Virus record (IMG/VR): IMGVR_UViG_3300050343_000261
Direction: 5' to 3' (one strand)
DNA length: 64,000 nucleotides
Source of the DNA: a virus
The position numbers and the translations under genes were made by a program. A model generated the notes under the pieces. That model did not search any database, was not told the DNA's origin, and saw only the letters and a program-made list of their open reading frames with translations. Shown in pieces: positions 10,385 to 19,097 of the stretch (its first letter is position 1; each line of letters starts with the position of its first letter).

Positions 10385-11152
10385 TTACCTTCCTCGACTC
10401 TCAATCATGAACTGACTGAATGTCTTTAGTTCTTTAGATTCTTTCTTCCAACTAGACTTGCCAAAAGCAGCCGCAGTGTTTCCAATTGCGTACTTACCAA
10501 CTTTTCCTGCAACAACTGCGGCCTTTCCTGCAACTTGTGCTGCAGCACCAAGTTTGCCAGCAACTCTCTTCGCCTTGACATAATTTTTCTTTGCGGTGTA
10601 ATTGGTAGGTCCGCCAGTCTTTTTCTCAGGTGCTCTCTTCGCAAGTGCACCACCTTGAGCAACTCTATCAGTACCTGCCCCAGAAGGGGGACGGTTTTGA
10701 TTCGATCCAGCACTAGAAAGTTTCTTTTGTCCTCCTGAAACGGAATCCGATGAAGAAGAAGAACCAGAAATTTTCTTTTGTCCAGGAGTTACATCACGGA
10801 CCTTCACCTTCTTCACACCCATGTCTACTGCCTTGCCCCCAGCAGCACCAACACGCTTGCTACCACTAGAGCCACCAACCTTATTAGACTGATTGCCTTG
10901 TGAATTACTTTTGACAAGACCGCCACGCTTGGCAAGGGCACTGGTTCCTACCTCCTTCTTTCCTGAAGATTTTGCTGGTGTATTGGTAGATGTGTTGTTG
11001 GATTTATTGGCACGTGCTTGTGCTTGCTTCCTTACCTGTGCCGCCTTTTGTGCAGCACCAGGATTTTTATTCTGGTAATCTTTGAACTGGTCATCACTCA
11101 TGCGAGCGAACGCATCACCAGGCGCTTCGTAGATAGGTTTCCTGAAAGACAT
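10385..11152 (-). CDS. Basic low-complexity protein, possible internal head protein
   Basis: K/G/S/A-rich 255 aa between gp16 and gp17; ends KELKTFSQFMIESRGR; late promoter upstream. Confidence 0.75.
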   Translation of the reverse strand: MSFRKPIYEAPGDAFARMSDDQFKDYQNKNPGAAQKAAQVRKQAQARANKSNNTSTNTPAKSSGKKEVGTSALAKRGGLVKSNSQGNQSNKVGGSSGSKRVGAAGGKAVDMGVKKVKVRDVTPGQKKISGSSSSSDSVSGGQKKLSSAGSNQNRPPSGAGTDRVAQGGALAKRAPEKKTGGPTNYTAKKNYVKAKRVAGKLGAAAQVAGKAAVVAGKVGKYAIGNTAAAFGKSSWKKESKELKTFSQFMIESRGR

Positions 11153-11159
11153 AGTGATA

Positions 11160-11567
11160 CTAATTGTCCGTATTATTTAGTAGTCCTTTCTTGATCATTT
11201 TTTGTAGTTCACTTGTGCTACCTACAAACAAGGCATTGTTAGTGACGTTTTTGGGACCTTCCTCTGCATTCAGATCCTTCATTTTTTTCTGCAAGTCAAC
11301 GATCTTATCAGTGACATCACCCACGTGTTTGATCAACTGACCAGCAACTTCATATGCTCTAGGATGCTGAGTATCCATACAGACATCAAGGATGCCATTT
11401 ACTGCTTCTTGCCCCTTCTCAACTAAGTTATAGAGTTGGGCACGAGAGTATTCATAATCCTTATCGCCGTCGTCAGGTCTCAGTTTCTTTGCGATTGCTT
11501 TTGTTTCTTTTACAATCTCAGATTTAGTTTCTAGTGCTTTGTCGATAGCATCAAAATTTTGACTCAT
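11160..11567 (-). CDS. gp16: Terminase small subunit
   Basis: DYEYSRAQLYNLVEKG, QHPRAYEVAGQLIK, NNALFVGSTSELQKMIK. Confidence 0.95.
   Translation of the reverse strand: MSQNFDAIDKALETKSEIVKETKAIAKKLRPDDGDKDYEYSRAQLYNLVEKGQEAVNGILDVCMDTQHPRAYEVAGQLIKHVGDVTDKIVDLQKKMKDLNAEEGPKNVTNNALFVGSTSELQKMIKKGLLNNTDN
11174..11180 (-). promoter_or_regulatory. Late promoter CTAAATA inside the gp16 3' end
   Basis: Minus-strand CTAAATA about 20 nt upstream of the 255-aa ORF start. Confidence 0.6.
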
Positions 11568-12610
11568 ACATCAGTACCAGTTTTGGGACTAAACGATTTT
11601 CCATCTGCATCAAAGAATGATCTAGATTCACTGAAACCGAATGTATCCCCAAATTCAATTAGGTCATTATCAACACTATTTACCAGATTGATTACATCGT
11701 TTTCTGCATGAGCAACAATATTTGTATTATATACACCTCTTTGAACAATCAAATTATTAGAATCAATTTCTTTGATTCGCATGACTTCATTGTTTATTTC
11801 AATGTATGCACCCACTGTGTACTGTGATCCATTTGCTACCTTGATAAGAGTTTTTATTTTATCGACGGCGGCAGTAATTTTTCCCGATTGATCGTCATTA
11901 TAATCTTTGGCTGCTTGGGGAACAACGGTGTATCTCTGTTCCCTTGGAGCACGCAGAGCGGAAGAATAATCCACTTGAACTTTTTTGATAATTCCATTTT
12001 CGTCCGTAGGCACTTCTTGATAGAAATACGTCTTCGCTACGAAATCAAGATCATATTGTATAAATCTGCGTGTTGAATAGTCTCCCTCATACTCATCAAC
12101 AAACCCAACGTTTGTTAGAGTAAAAGGAACATCACGCTTCTCACTTACTCCTTCAAGCATGTTGATAGTCACGCTGTAAGAAGGTTGGAAAAATGGTAAA
12201 ATTTGTTCAATGATTTGTAGTGCATCGTCCTGCAGTTTTGCTGCAAAGCTCAACCTAAATCCCAAGTCATATGGGACAGGCATATACATCTTCTTTACTT
12301 TAGACTTTGCTGTCGGTGACAGCATTGTAAACTTTTGAATAGGAGATGCTTTTCTACTTGCGTCGTAGACGTATGATGTCAACTGAAACGACAATCTAGG
12401 TAGACTGATAGCAATATTGTCATCAAAGTTTGGTTGCTGTTCAATCCGTGCAAGGAACCTTTGAATAGGTCCGTATGCAATGGGAACTTTGATTTGACTA
12501 ATACTTTGTCCGTCAGTGCCATATTTTTTGACGCTGATATTATTGAATAGTGTGCCGAAAGCAATTACGGTTTTCCGAATTGTTTCATTGTAAAAGTAAT
12601 TGCCAACCAT
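11564..12610 (-). CDS. gp15: Tail terminator / sheath stabiliser with a C-terminal insertion
   Basis: YFYNETIRKTVIAFGTLFNNI, KVPIAYGP, LQIIEQILPFFQP. Confidence 0.95.
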   Translation of the reverse strand: MVGNYFYNETIRKTVIAFGTLFNNISVKKYGTDGQSISQIKVPIAYGPIQRFLARIEQQPNFDDNIAISLPRLSFQLTSYVYDASRKASPIQKFTMLSPTAKSKVKKMYMPVPYDLGFRLSFAAKLQDDALQIIEQILPFFQPSYSVTINMLEGVSEKRDVPFTLTNVGFVDEYEGDYSTRRFIQYDLDFVAKTYFYQEVPTDENGIIKKVQVDYSSALRAPREQRYTVVPQAAKDYNDDQSGKITAAVDKIKTLIKVANGSQYTVGAYIEINNEVMRIKEIDSNNLIVQRGVYNTNIVAHAENDVINLVNSVDNDLIEFGDTFGFSESRSFFDADGKSFSPKTGTDV

Positions 12611-14004
12611 TACACTTCACCAAAGGGGTTTTTCTCTGTAAAATCTAAGATGCTATCTGCTTCGTTCTGAATAGTATCTCCCGAGTTATAACTAGGAGCG
12701 AAGTCGTCATCATTATAATCGATGGTATTTAGACGATACGCACTTCCTTCGTTATCCACGATGAGTTCTCCCACAAGGAAGTCGCCACTCAGATTGCGTG
12801 CTTTGAGGGTAAGATTTGGGGCATCCCAAGAAGTAACAAATGCAGTGCTGAAACTGGATTGACCCTTGATAACTTCTCCATAATTGAAAGTACCAACCCC
12901 AACTGTGCCTGCTGCCCCCACAGTAATTGTGGGTGTAGAAGTGTATCCAGAACCAGCATCAGTGATACGAATAGTATTCAAGCGACCTAATGTATCTACG
13001 ACTGCAAGTGCCTTGGCAATATGTCCCCCAGAAGGAGGTGCATTGAAAGTAATTGATGGAGGATCAGATTGAATATACTCTGATCCAACATTACCTATAG
13101 TAACTGGACCAATACCTCCAGTGGTAGAGATAGCAGCTCTTGCGACTGCACCAGATCCTCGACCATCCTCAGAGATGAATTGAATAGTGGGAGCTGCAGT
13201 GTAACCTACACCAGGATTAGTGATAAAGATGTCACTAATATAAGTTGATTTGAATTGACTATTACCTGTAGTGCTAGTGATAGCAACTGCAGTTGCAGTT
13301 GTTCCTCCTCCTACAGGGGGAGAGATTTTGATTGTAGGGGCAGCACTCCAACCGGTACCACCATTCAATAGATCAATGTAACGAATACCAGTGGCAAGTC
13401 CTACAGTTGCTGATGCAGTGGTTCCAACATCTAGTAAAACAAATGTGGCATTGTAACCAGCAGTCTTGAAGTCATCATCAATTACACCGACTCCAGTTTG
13501 GATGACTTCATCCTCATACTCGAACGGTTCAACAGTCAGAGTGTACGTATAGTTTTTACGTAGTTGATAGAAGTTACTAACATCATCAACATACTTGATC
13601 TCCATCAAGAGATCTCTATACGGAAAATATAAAAGATCACCTTCATAAGGACGTATAGGTGCATTTGTCAATCCACGAGCACCACTCATCAACGGTGTGA
13701 TATAATTTAGATAGCGAGTTTGAGAGATGACAACCTTCATCTCTGCAGTGGTACGAACTCCAAATTTTGTTAGTAAATTATATCCAGCATCAAAACCTTC
13801 GTAAGATTCAATATACCCTTCAATAGGAAACGATTTGGTAAACTTAGAAGAAGTTACCTCCCTCATAATAGTTTTAGTGTTGACAAAAATGCGAGGCAGA
13901 TAAACGAATTCTACCCCATACATTTTGATCTGTTCGTCTATCAGATCTTGTACGAGGTTTTGTTCAGCAGGTGTGCCTTGTTGAAAGAAGGGGTTTAGTG
14001 CCAT
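12610..14004 (-). CDS. gp14: Neck protein with a Gly/Thr-rich repeat insertion
   Basis: LNPFFQQGTPAEQNLVQDLIDEQIKMYG, FYQLRKNYTYTL, C-terminal DFTEKNPFGEV; three GxGY...PTI repeats. Confidence 0.95.
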   Translation of the reverse strand: MALNPFFQQGTPAEQNLVQDLIDEQIKMYGVEFVYLPRIFVNTKTIMREVTSSKFTKSFPIEGYIESYEGFDAGYNLLTKFGVRTTAEMKVVISQTRYLNYITPLMSGARGLTNAPIRPYEGDLLYFPYRDLLMEIKYVDDVSNFYQLRKNYTYTLTVEPFEYEDEVIQTGVGVIDDDFKTAGYNATFVLLDVGTTASATVGLATGIRYIDLLNGGTGWSAAPTIKISPPVGGGTTATAVAITSTTGNSQFKSTYISDIFITNPGVGYTAAPTIQFISEDGRGSGAVARAAISTTGGIGPVTIGNVGSEYIQSDPPSITFNAPPSGGHIAKALAVVDTLGRLNTIRITDAGSGYTSTPTITVGAAGTVGVGTFNYGEVIKGQSSFSTAFVTSWDAPNLTLKARNLSGDFLVGELIVDNEGSAYRLNTIDYNDDDFAPSYNSGDTIQNEADSILDFTEKNPFGEV

Positions 14005-14849
14005 TATCCAATCAGATCCAGCGGAGGAAGTTCATATTCAAGTGCCATCTTATCTTCCAATGCTTGGATTTCTCCAAGAGCATCTTCATAGATTTGTCTG
14101 CCATTCAGCTCAACACCACCTGGCAATTTCACACCTTGGAACTTGATTAGGTTTTGTCCCCACTGCTTTTTGAGAAGAGCAGTAAAGTAACGTTTCAGGA
14201 AGATATCGTTATATACTTTTGGGAAGTCGTTGGGGTTCAAAACCCTATAGCAACGGATAATGATGTAATCATTCTCCTGCATACTATTACCATCAACATC
14301 CAGATAGAGTCTGTTCTGCCGACGATTGAAACGGATTGCTTTTTCAGGATGTAAAATATGATCCAGGTCTTCCAAATATCTTTTAGTCATTGTGTATCCC
14401 ATCAGTTCCATTGAACTGAAAAAATACACGTCGTTCAGCATCAACTGATAATTGATGTTGAACATGTTCGTCGAGATTAGACGATTGTCCAGTTTGAAAA
14501 CTCTTTCGATCCCAATAACCGCGTCAGGAACCTGGATGAAATTCTGGTTCTCCTCAAAACTAAAGGTGGTAACGCCAATTCCAGTAATATTTGCTGTACC
14601 GGTACTGGTAGTGATACCAGTTGACTTATCTTCTGCCCTAGCACGAGTAGCATCGAGAAAGTCCTGCGTGATCTTATGCTTTAGGTACATCAATTCTACG
14701 CCATCCATATGGCGATTTTGATAAACCTGAATGGCATCATCCATCAGATCTTCAATTTGCTCATCAGCAACGTTGATTTCAAGGACTGGAGCACCTAGTT
14801 GACGCCTAGCGTAACCGACTAACTCCTGTCTTGTAGATGGGTTCGCCAT
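14004..14849 (-). CDS. gp13: Neck protein
   Basis: RRQLGAPVLEINVADEQ, KKQWGQNLIKFQGVKLPGGVELNG. Confidence 0.96.
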   Translation of the reverse strand: MANPSTRQELVGYARRQLGAPVLEINVADEQIEDLMDDAIQVYQNRHMDGVELMYLKHKITQDFLDATRARAEDKSTGITTSTGTANITGIGVTTFSFEENQNFIQVPDAVIGIERVFKLDNRLISTNMFNINYQLMLNDVYFFSSMELMGYTMTKRYLEDLDHILHPEKAIRFNRRQNRLYLDVDGNSMQENDYIIIRCYRVLNPNDFPKVYNDIFLKRYFTALLKKQWGQNLIKFQGVKLPGGVELNGRQIYEDALGEIQALEDKMALEYELPPLDLIG

Positions 14850-14869
14850 TTATTCCAAGACTTTTTTTC

Positions 14870-14876
14870 TATTTAG
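14870..14876 (-). promoter_or_regulatory. Late promoter CTAAATA for gp13
   Basis: Minus-strand CTAAATA at the fibre stop, about 20 nt before the gp13 start. Confidence 0.65.
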
Positions 14877-16039
14877 TTACGTCTTACAACGACATCTATC
14901 TCGTCACCTACAGTTGTGCCATTAGTAATTGATACAATAGTATCTCCAAATGACCAATCTGCTGCTCGAAGTAAAACCCCATTTAGATATACTTGAGCGT
15001 TTATGTTGGTAATATTTGAATCGCTAGGAATAAATGTTGTCTGCCCTTCAGTTGCAGTATATTGATCTTCTGAAGTGTCCCCACAGATATCAATTTGATC
15101 CCCAATCGTACAACCAGTTGCAAGAACAATAGTTGTTCCCGTGGTGAAGTCTGTAGTTTTTCGTAACTTTATACCATTCAAAAATATTTTGAAGTTTTTC
15201 TGTGCAGCAACATCACCTGAGATTGGGAATTCTGTTTGACCTTGTGTTGCAGTAAAGGATTCTTGATCGAGAGTGTGCCCGTAATGAACTTGAATTTGAA
15301 CATCATCCCCGACTGTAGCACCTTCTGTCAAGGTAACCGTACTTGTAGATGATGTACTAAAGTCAGTACCTCTACGTTGACGAATACCATTGATATATGC
15401 TTCTACAGTAAGTTGTTTATTTCCATCATTGTGAGCACCAGGTGATGTGAACGCCGTCTGACCTTGAGTGGCAGTTGTGGTTCCAGATGAAATAGATGTG
15501 GCAGAACCAACGCTGACGTTGGTAAGACCAGAACCATCACCAACAAATTCATCAGCATTGATTGTGCCTACAGTGGCAATTCCAGTGACTCGTAGTTGAG
15601 AAACTGTTGCTTCACCAGAGACCTTACCAAAACTACCAATACCAGCATAGAGTTTGCCAGTGTTGGGGTTGTAAGTAAGACCGTTGGTCTTTATCTTTTG
15701 ATATCCAGTTCTATTGTCTAAAAATCCAACGTGGTGCCATTGGTTACCACCGTCAGTTGCAGTATCTACCTTGTTTGCACCGCTGGAAATACCAACGATA
15801 GTATTACTTACACTAAAATTTGTTGCTTCAAGCGTGGTAATCGTAGCGATACCACTAAGAATGTTGCCGGTGCTTATACCAACTTCGCGTACAGTAACAC
15901 CTGCCCCAACACCAGCGGCAATAAAGACTTTGCCGTCCGCTGTGTTGATTGCAAATTCGCCAAGTTCTAGGCTTGTTGGATAGTGTGGGACCTTGCCAGC
16001 AATCGCTGAGCGTTTGACCCTAATATTCGGAGATGACAT
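14873..16039 (-). CDS. Short fibre / virion structural protein
   Basis: N-terminal IRVKRSAIAGKVP..LELGEFAINTADGK fibre-attachment-type domain; three C-terminal TATxGQTxF...[YF][IL]NG repeats. Confidence 0.8.
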   Translation of the reverse strand: MSSPNIRVKRSAIAGKVPHYPTSLELGEFAINTADGKVFIAAGVGAGVTVREVGISTGNILSGIATITTLEATNFSVSNTIVGISSGANKVDTATDGGNQWHHVGFLDNRTGYQKIKTNGLTYNPNTGKLYAGIGSFGKVSGEATVSQLRVTGIATVGTINADEFVGDGSGLTNVSVGSATSISSGTTTATQGQTAFTSPGAHNDGNKQLTVEAYINGIRQRRGTDFSTSSTSTVTLTEGATVGDDVQIQVHYGHTLDQESFTATQGQTEFPISGDVAAQKNFKIFLNGIKLRKTTDFTTGTTIVLATGCTIGDQIDICGDTSEDQYTATEGQTTFIPSDSNITNINAQVYLNGVLLRAADWSFGDTIVSITNGTTVGDEIDVVVRRN

Positions 16040-16103
16040 TCACGTAGTCGCTATGTAGCGATCATCTAGTTAGATACTGAGAGTATATACTCTCGCGTAG
16101 GAG

Positions 16104-16110
16104 TATTTAG
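16104..16110 (-). promoter_or_regulatory. Late promoter CTAAATA for the short fibre
   Basis: Motif in the 16040-16141 divergent intergenic region. Confidence 0.65.
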
Positions 16111-16111
16111 G

Positions 16112-16120
16112 TGTTATAAT
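16112..16120 (+). promoter_or_regulatory. Extended -10 sigma70-type promoter (TGtTATAAT)
   Basis: Perfect TGn-TATAAT about 20 nt upstream of the ATG at 16142; no clear -35. Confidence 0.6.
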
Positions 16121-16141
16121 TAGTAGGAAGGTTACCATAAT

Positions 16142-16822
16142 ATGAAGACACTCGTTGTACTAACTGGGCCTCAAGGATCGGGAAACCATCTATGGTCAAA
16201 AATCTTTTCATTGCACGATGATGTCTATGGGTGGAAATCTTTGCTGACCAATTATTGGGAAGCACATAGATTTGCAGAACCTTTTGCAGAATATTGGAGA
16301 GACCCCAATAAATTGCAATCTTTCGATTGGTCTCAGTCGGAATATTACTTTACCTCTATTAGCGTCCCCCTCGGCATCAAAGAAAAAGGGACCCACTGGT
16401 GTCCAAACGTATTGCAGTTTTGCAAGTCTGCCGAAAATATGGGGATCAAAACTAAAATAGTTGTAATTGGTCGTGATCAAAACATACTTCGTAATCAACA
16501 ACAGCGGTTGAGGGGTGAACTAACCACCAAGTATTTCTTGGATCAAATGCCCAAATTCCCCAACCCAACTTTTCTTAGTTACGAACTCTTATATCTTTAC
16601 AAAGAAGAGTATCTAAAACACTTAGACATTGGTATCCCAGTTGCATGGTATGACAAACGTGTAACTGAAATTTTGAAGCGAGATGCTAACGACAAGTATA
16701 TTCAATATGTTGCAGACAATCCTTTGGATGATTGCAATAAAACTGGAATTCCTTCTCCATTAGATCCTTTTGCTGAAGGATCTACAGGACCACAACCAGA
16801 AAAACCATCTAAGTGTTGTTGA
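16142..16822 (+). CDS. P-loop/sulfotransferase-fold hypothetical protein (GPQGSGNH family, copy 1)
   Basis: LVVLTGPQGSGNHLWSKIFSLH and VIGRDQN; paralogue of 21128-21763. Confidence 0.75.
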   Translation: MKTLVVLTGPQGSGNHLWSKIFSLHDDVYGWKSLLTNYWEAHRFAEPFAEYWRDPNKLQSFDWSQSEYYFTSISVPLGIKEKGTHWCPNVLQFCKSAENMGIKTKIVVIGRDQNILRNQQQRLRGELTTKYFLDQMPKFPNPTFLSYELLYLYKEEYLKHLDIGIPVAWYDKRVTEILKRDANDKYIQYVADNPLDDCNKTGIPSPLDPFAEGSTGPQPEKPSKCC

Positions 16823-17953
16823 TCACTTACTTACAACCTCAAATTTAGTAAAAAAATCATCCATTCCATCAAGCAGAAATGTATTATCGAAATCTTTCCA
16901 ATAATATTCACCATCAATTAGTTCACGATTTTCTTCAGGAACAAAATTACCTTCGTGTTCAATTCTTCCTATAGGTAAACTTTGATTTTTCTTGTAGTCT
17001 ATAGGGGTTCCCCACTGCTCAGGAAGACAACCAAATACTTTAGGCCAATAATCATATTGATACTGAAGTATTTTTTTTAGTTTATAATATAAATCATCTG
17101 GCATATCAAATGAATCAGTATTCCATTGATCAATCAAAAGAGTATATCTAATTGCTTTAGATCCTCTATCAGGAGAGTAAGCATTATCATATAAATTTAT
17201 ATCTTTACCAATAAGATTTTCTAATCGACTAAGTTGATTTTTAGTATCGTTCTCCCATATATCTTCCATAACAAAAAATTCAGTTTTACCATATTTTCTA
17301 GTGACATCTATAATATCACTGTAAGGTAAAACTTTTTTTGCATAGAATTCTAAGTAATTTTCTACGGTATGATGTAAACTTTTATCAATTCTAAGGAGAT
17401 CTGCATTGTCCCAATGCCAAACATGTTGTGAAAATAGTCGTCTAACTGGATCTCTAAAAATTCCTACTTGAGTAACATCAAAATGTTCTTGTAGTCTTTG
17501 TATAAACTCTTTGTACAAAGGCAGTCCTACTGTTTTATCGTTTATCGGAAGAATATTTGAGTTTGACCAATCTGCAAGTATCTTGCCCTCATCTGCATGT
17601 TTTTCCCAAATGGATTTATAAAAATTGATATAGTTTTCTATACAAGTATTAGGATCTTCAAGAATATCAAATGCTTTATCTGGCACAAAAATATTTTGAT
17701 CATAATTATCTTCACCATACCTGGCCTGTTTGACACGTGCTAAATGTAATTCAAAAGTTTTCTCCCATCCCCTACGGTCTTTGGCTCCTTTCCCCCAGTT
17801 TTTAGGATCTTTGTAATAATGTTTTTTCCAGATCAATTCAAAATAATGCATCTCTTTTTGAGTACCAAAAAGTAGATGTTCTTTTAGGGAATTGAATAAT
17901 GGAGTTGTTGCTGCCCATCCATAACCAACAAATAGTATAAATTTAGGTTTCAT
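16823..17953 (-). CDS. Sulfotransferase-like protein (family copy 1)
   Basis: VGYGWAATTPL, QKEMHYF, IFRDPVRRLFS, NAYSPDRG...DQW; ATG at 17953 preferred over the TTG at 17965. Confidence 0.75.
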   Translation of the reverse strand: MKPKFILFVGYGWAATTPLFNSLKEHLLFGTQKEMHYFELIWKKHYYKDPKNWGKGAKDRRGWEKTFELHLARVKQARYGEDNYDQNIFVPDKAFDILEDPNTCIENYINFYKSIWEKHADEGKILADWSNSNILPINDKTVGLPLYKEFIQRLQEHFDVTQVGIFRDPVRRLFSQHVWHWDNADLLRIDKSLHHTVENYLEFYAKKVLPYSDIIDVTRKYGKTEFFVMEDIWENDTKNQLSRLENLIGKDINLYDNAYSPDRGSKAIRYTLLIDQWNTDSFDMPDDLYYKLKKILQYQYDYWPKVFGCLPEQWGTPIDYKKNQSLPIGRIEHEGNFVPEENRELIDGEYYWKDFDNTFLLDGMDDFFTKFEVVSK

Positions 17954-17973
17954 TTTTTTATACAATCACTTTA

Positions 17974-19020
17974 CTAGTTATGACAATAATTTTGACCATC
18001 AATCTCTTCATAAAACTCTGGATAAACAAAGTTCTCTTTGTGCTGTAGTCTCCCTATCGGTAAACTTTGATTCTTCTTATAGTCTGCAGGACTGCCCCAA
18101 GTTTCAGGCAATTTGTCATACATTTTTATCCAATCTTCGTACTGAAAACTCATCATTTTTTTGAGTTTATAATATAAATCATCTGGCATATCAAATGAAT
18201 CACTAGTCCATTGGTCTACTAGGTTACTATATCTAATTGCTTTAGATCCTCTATCAGGGCAGTAGGCATTGTCATATAATTCTACTCTATCAACATCAAG
18301 AAGTTTTTGTAGTCGAGCAACTTGGTTTTCAGTATCAGATTCCCATACGTCTTCCATAACAAAAAATTCAGTCTTACCACAAGACATGGCAGTCTTGATA
18401 AGTTTGGCATAAGGAATCTGATGTTCTATGCGATGTTCAAACCAATCTTTTATACTACGTTTACCTATGGGAGCATCTACTAACTCAGCGTTGTCATAAA
18501 GCCAACACTCGTTTGAGAAAAACCTCCTAACAGGATCTCTAAAAATTGCTACTTGAGTAACATCAAAATGTTCATTCAGTTTTGATACAAATTTTTTATA
18601 CCATTCAACACCTTTCTTCCCATGTTGTAGACATTCAGAAGTGGTATTTGTAAAATCTGCCAGTGCTGTCTGGTTGCAACTCTTCTCTTCCCAAAGGCAC
18701 TTGTAAAAATCAATATATCTCTCGATAGTAGGATCATGATGCTCTATGATACTCAATGCTTTTTCTGACACATCGTGCTTCGATATAGCATGAAACTGTA
18801 TCTCACCCTCTCTAAATTTTCTTATTCTTACCTTGAGTTTATCTAAAGATTTTCTCCATAAATGATCATTTGTGAACTTGTAAAAATTCCTTTCAAACAA
18901 CATCTGGGGATAAAACCATTCCTTCTCAATGCCGTAGAGTAAATGTTCTTTGATAGATGCAAACAGTGGAGTTGTTGCTGACCACCCTACTCCAAGAAAC
19001 AAAATAAATTTAGGTTTCAT
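17974..19020 (-). CDS. Sulfotransferase-like protein (copy 2)
   Basis: LGVGWSATTPL, EKEWFY, IFRDPVRRFFS, NAYCPDRG...DQW. Confidence 0.75.
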   Translation of the reverse strand: MKPKFILFLGVGWSATTPLFASIKEHLLYGIEKEWFYPQMLFERNFYKFTNDHLWRKSLDKLKVRIRKFREGEIQFHAISKHDVSEKALSIIEHHDPTIERYIDFYKCLWEEKSCNQTALADFTNTTSECLQHGKKGVEWYKKFVSKLNEHFDVTQVAIFRDPVRRFFSNECWLYDNAELVDAPIGKRSIKDWFEHRIEHQIPYAKLIKTAMSCGKTEFFVMEDVWESDTENQVARLQKLLDVDRVELYDNAYCPDRGSKAIRYSNLVDQWTSDSFDMPDDLYYKLKKMMSFQYEDWIKMYDKLPETWGSPADYKKNQSLPIGRLQHKENFVYPEFYEEIDGQNYCHN

Positions 19021-19053
19021 CCTTTCACAAGCATCATACTAATTTAGGAACGG

Positions 19054-19081
19054 TTGCATTACAATAAATACAGTGTATAAC
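19054..19081 (+). promoter_or_regulatory. Nested sigma70-like (TTGCAT-16-TATAAC) and late-type (AATAAATA, 19063-19070) promoter motifs for the DctP-like gene
   Basis: Both motifs lie in the 77-nt divergent gap. Confidence 0.5.
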
Positions 19082-19097
19082 CATAAGTCAATAAGGC

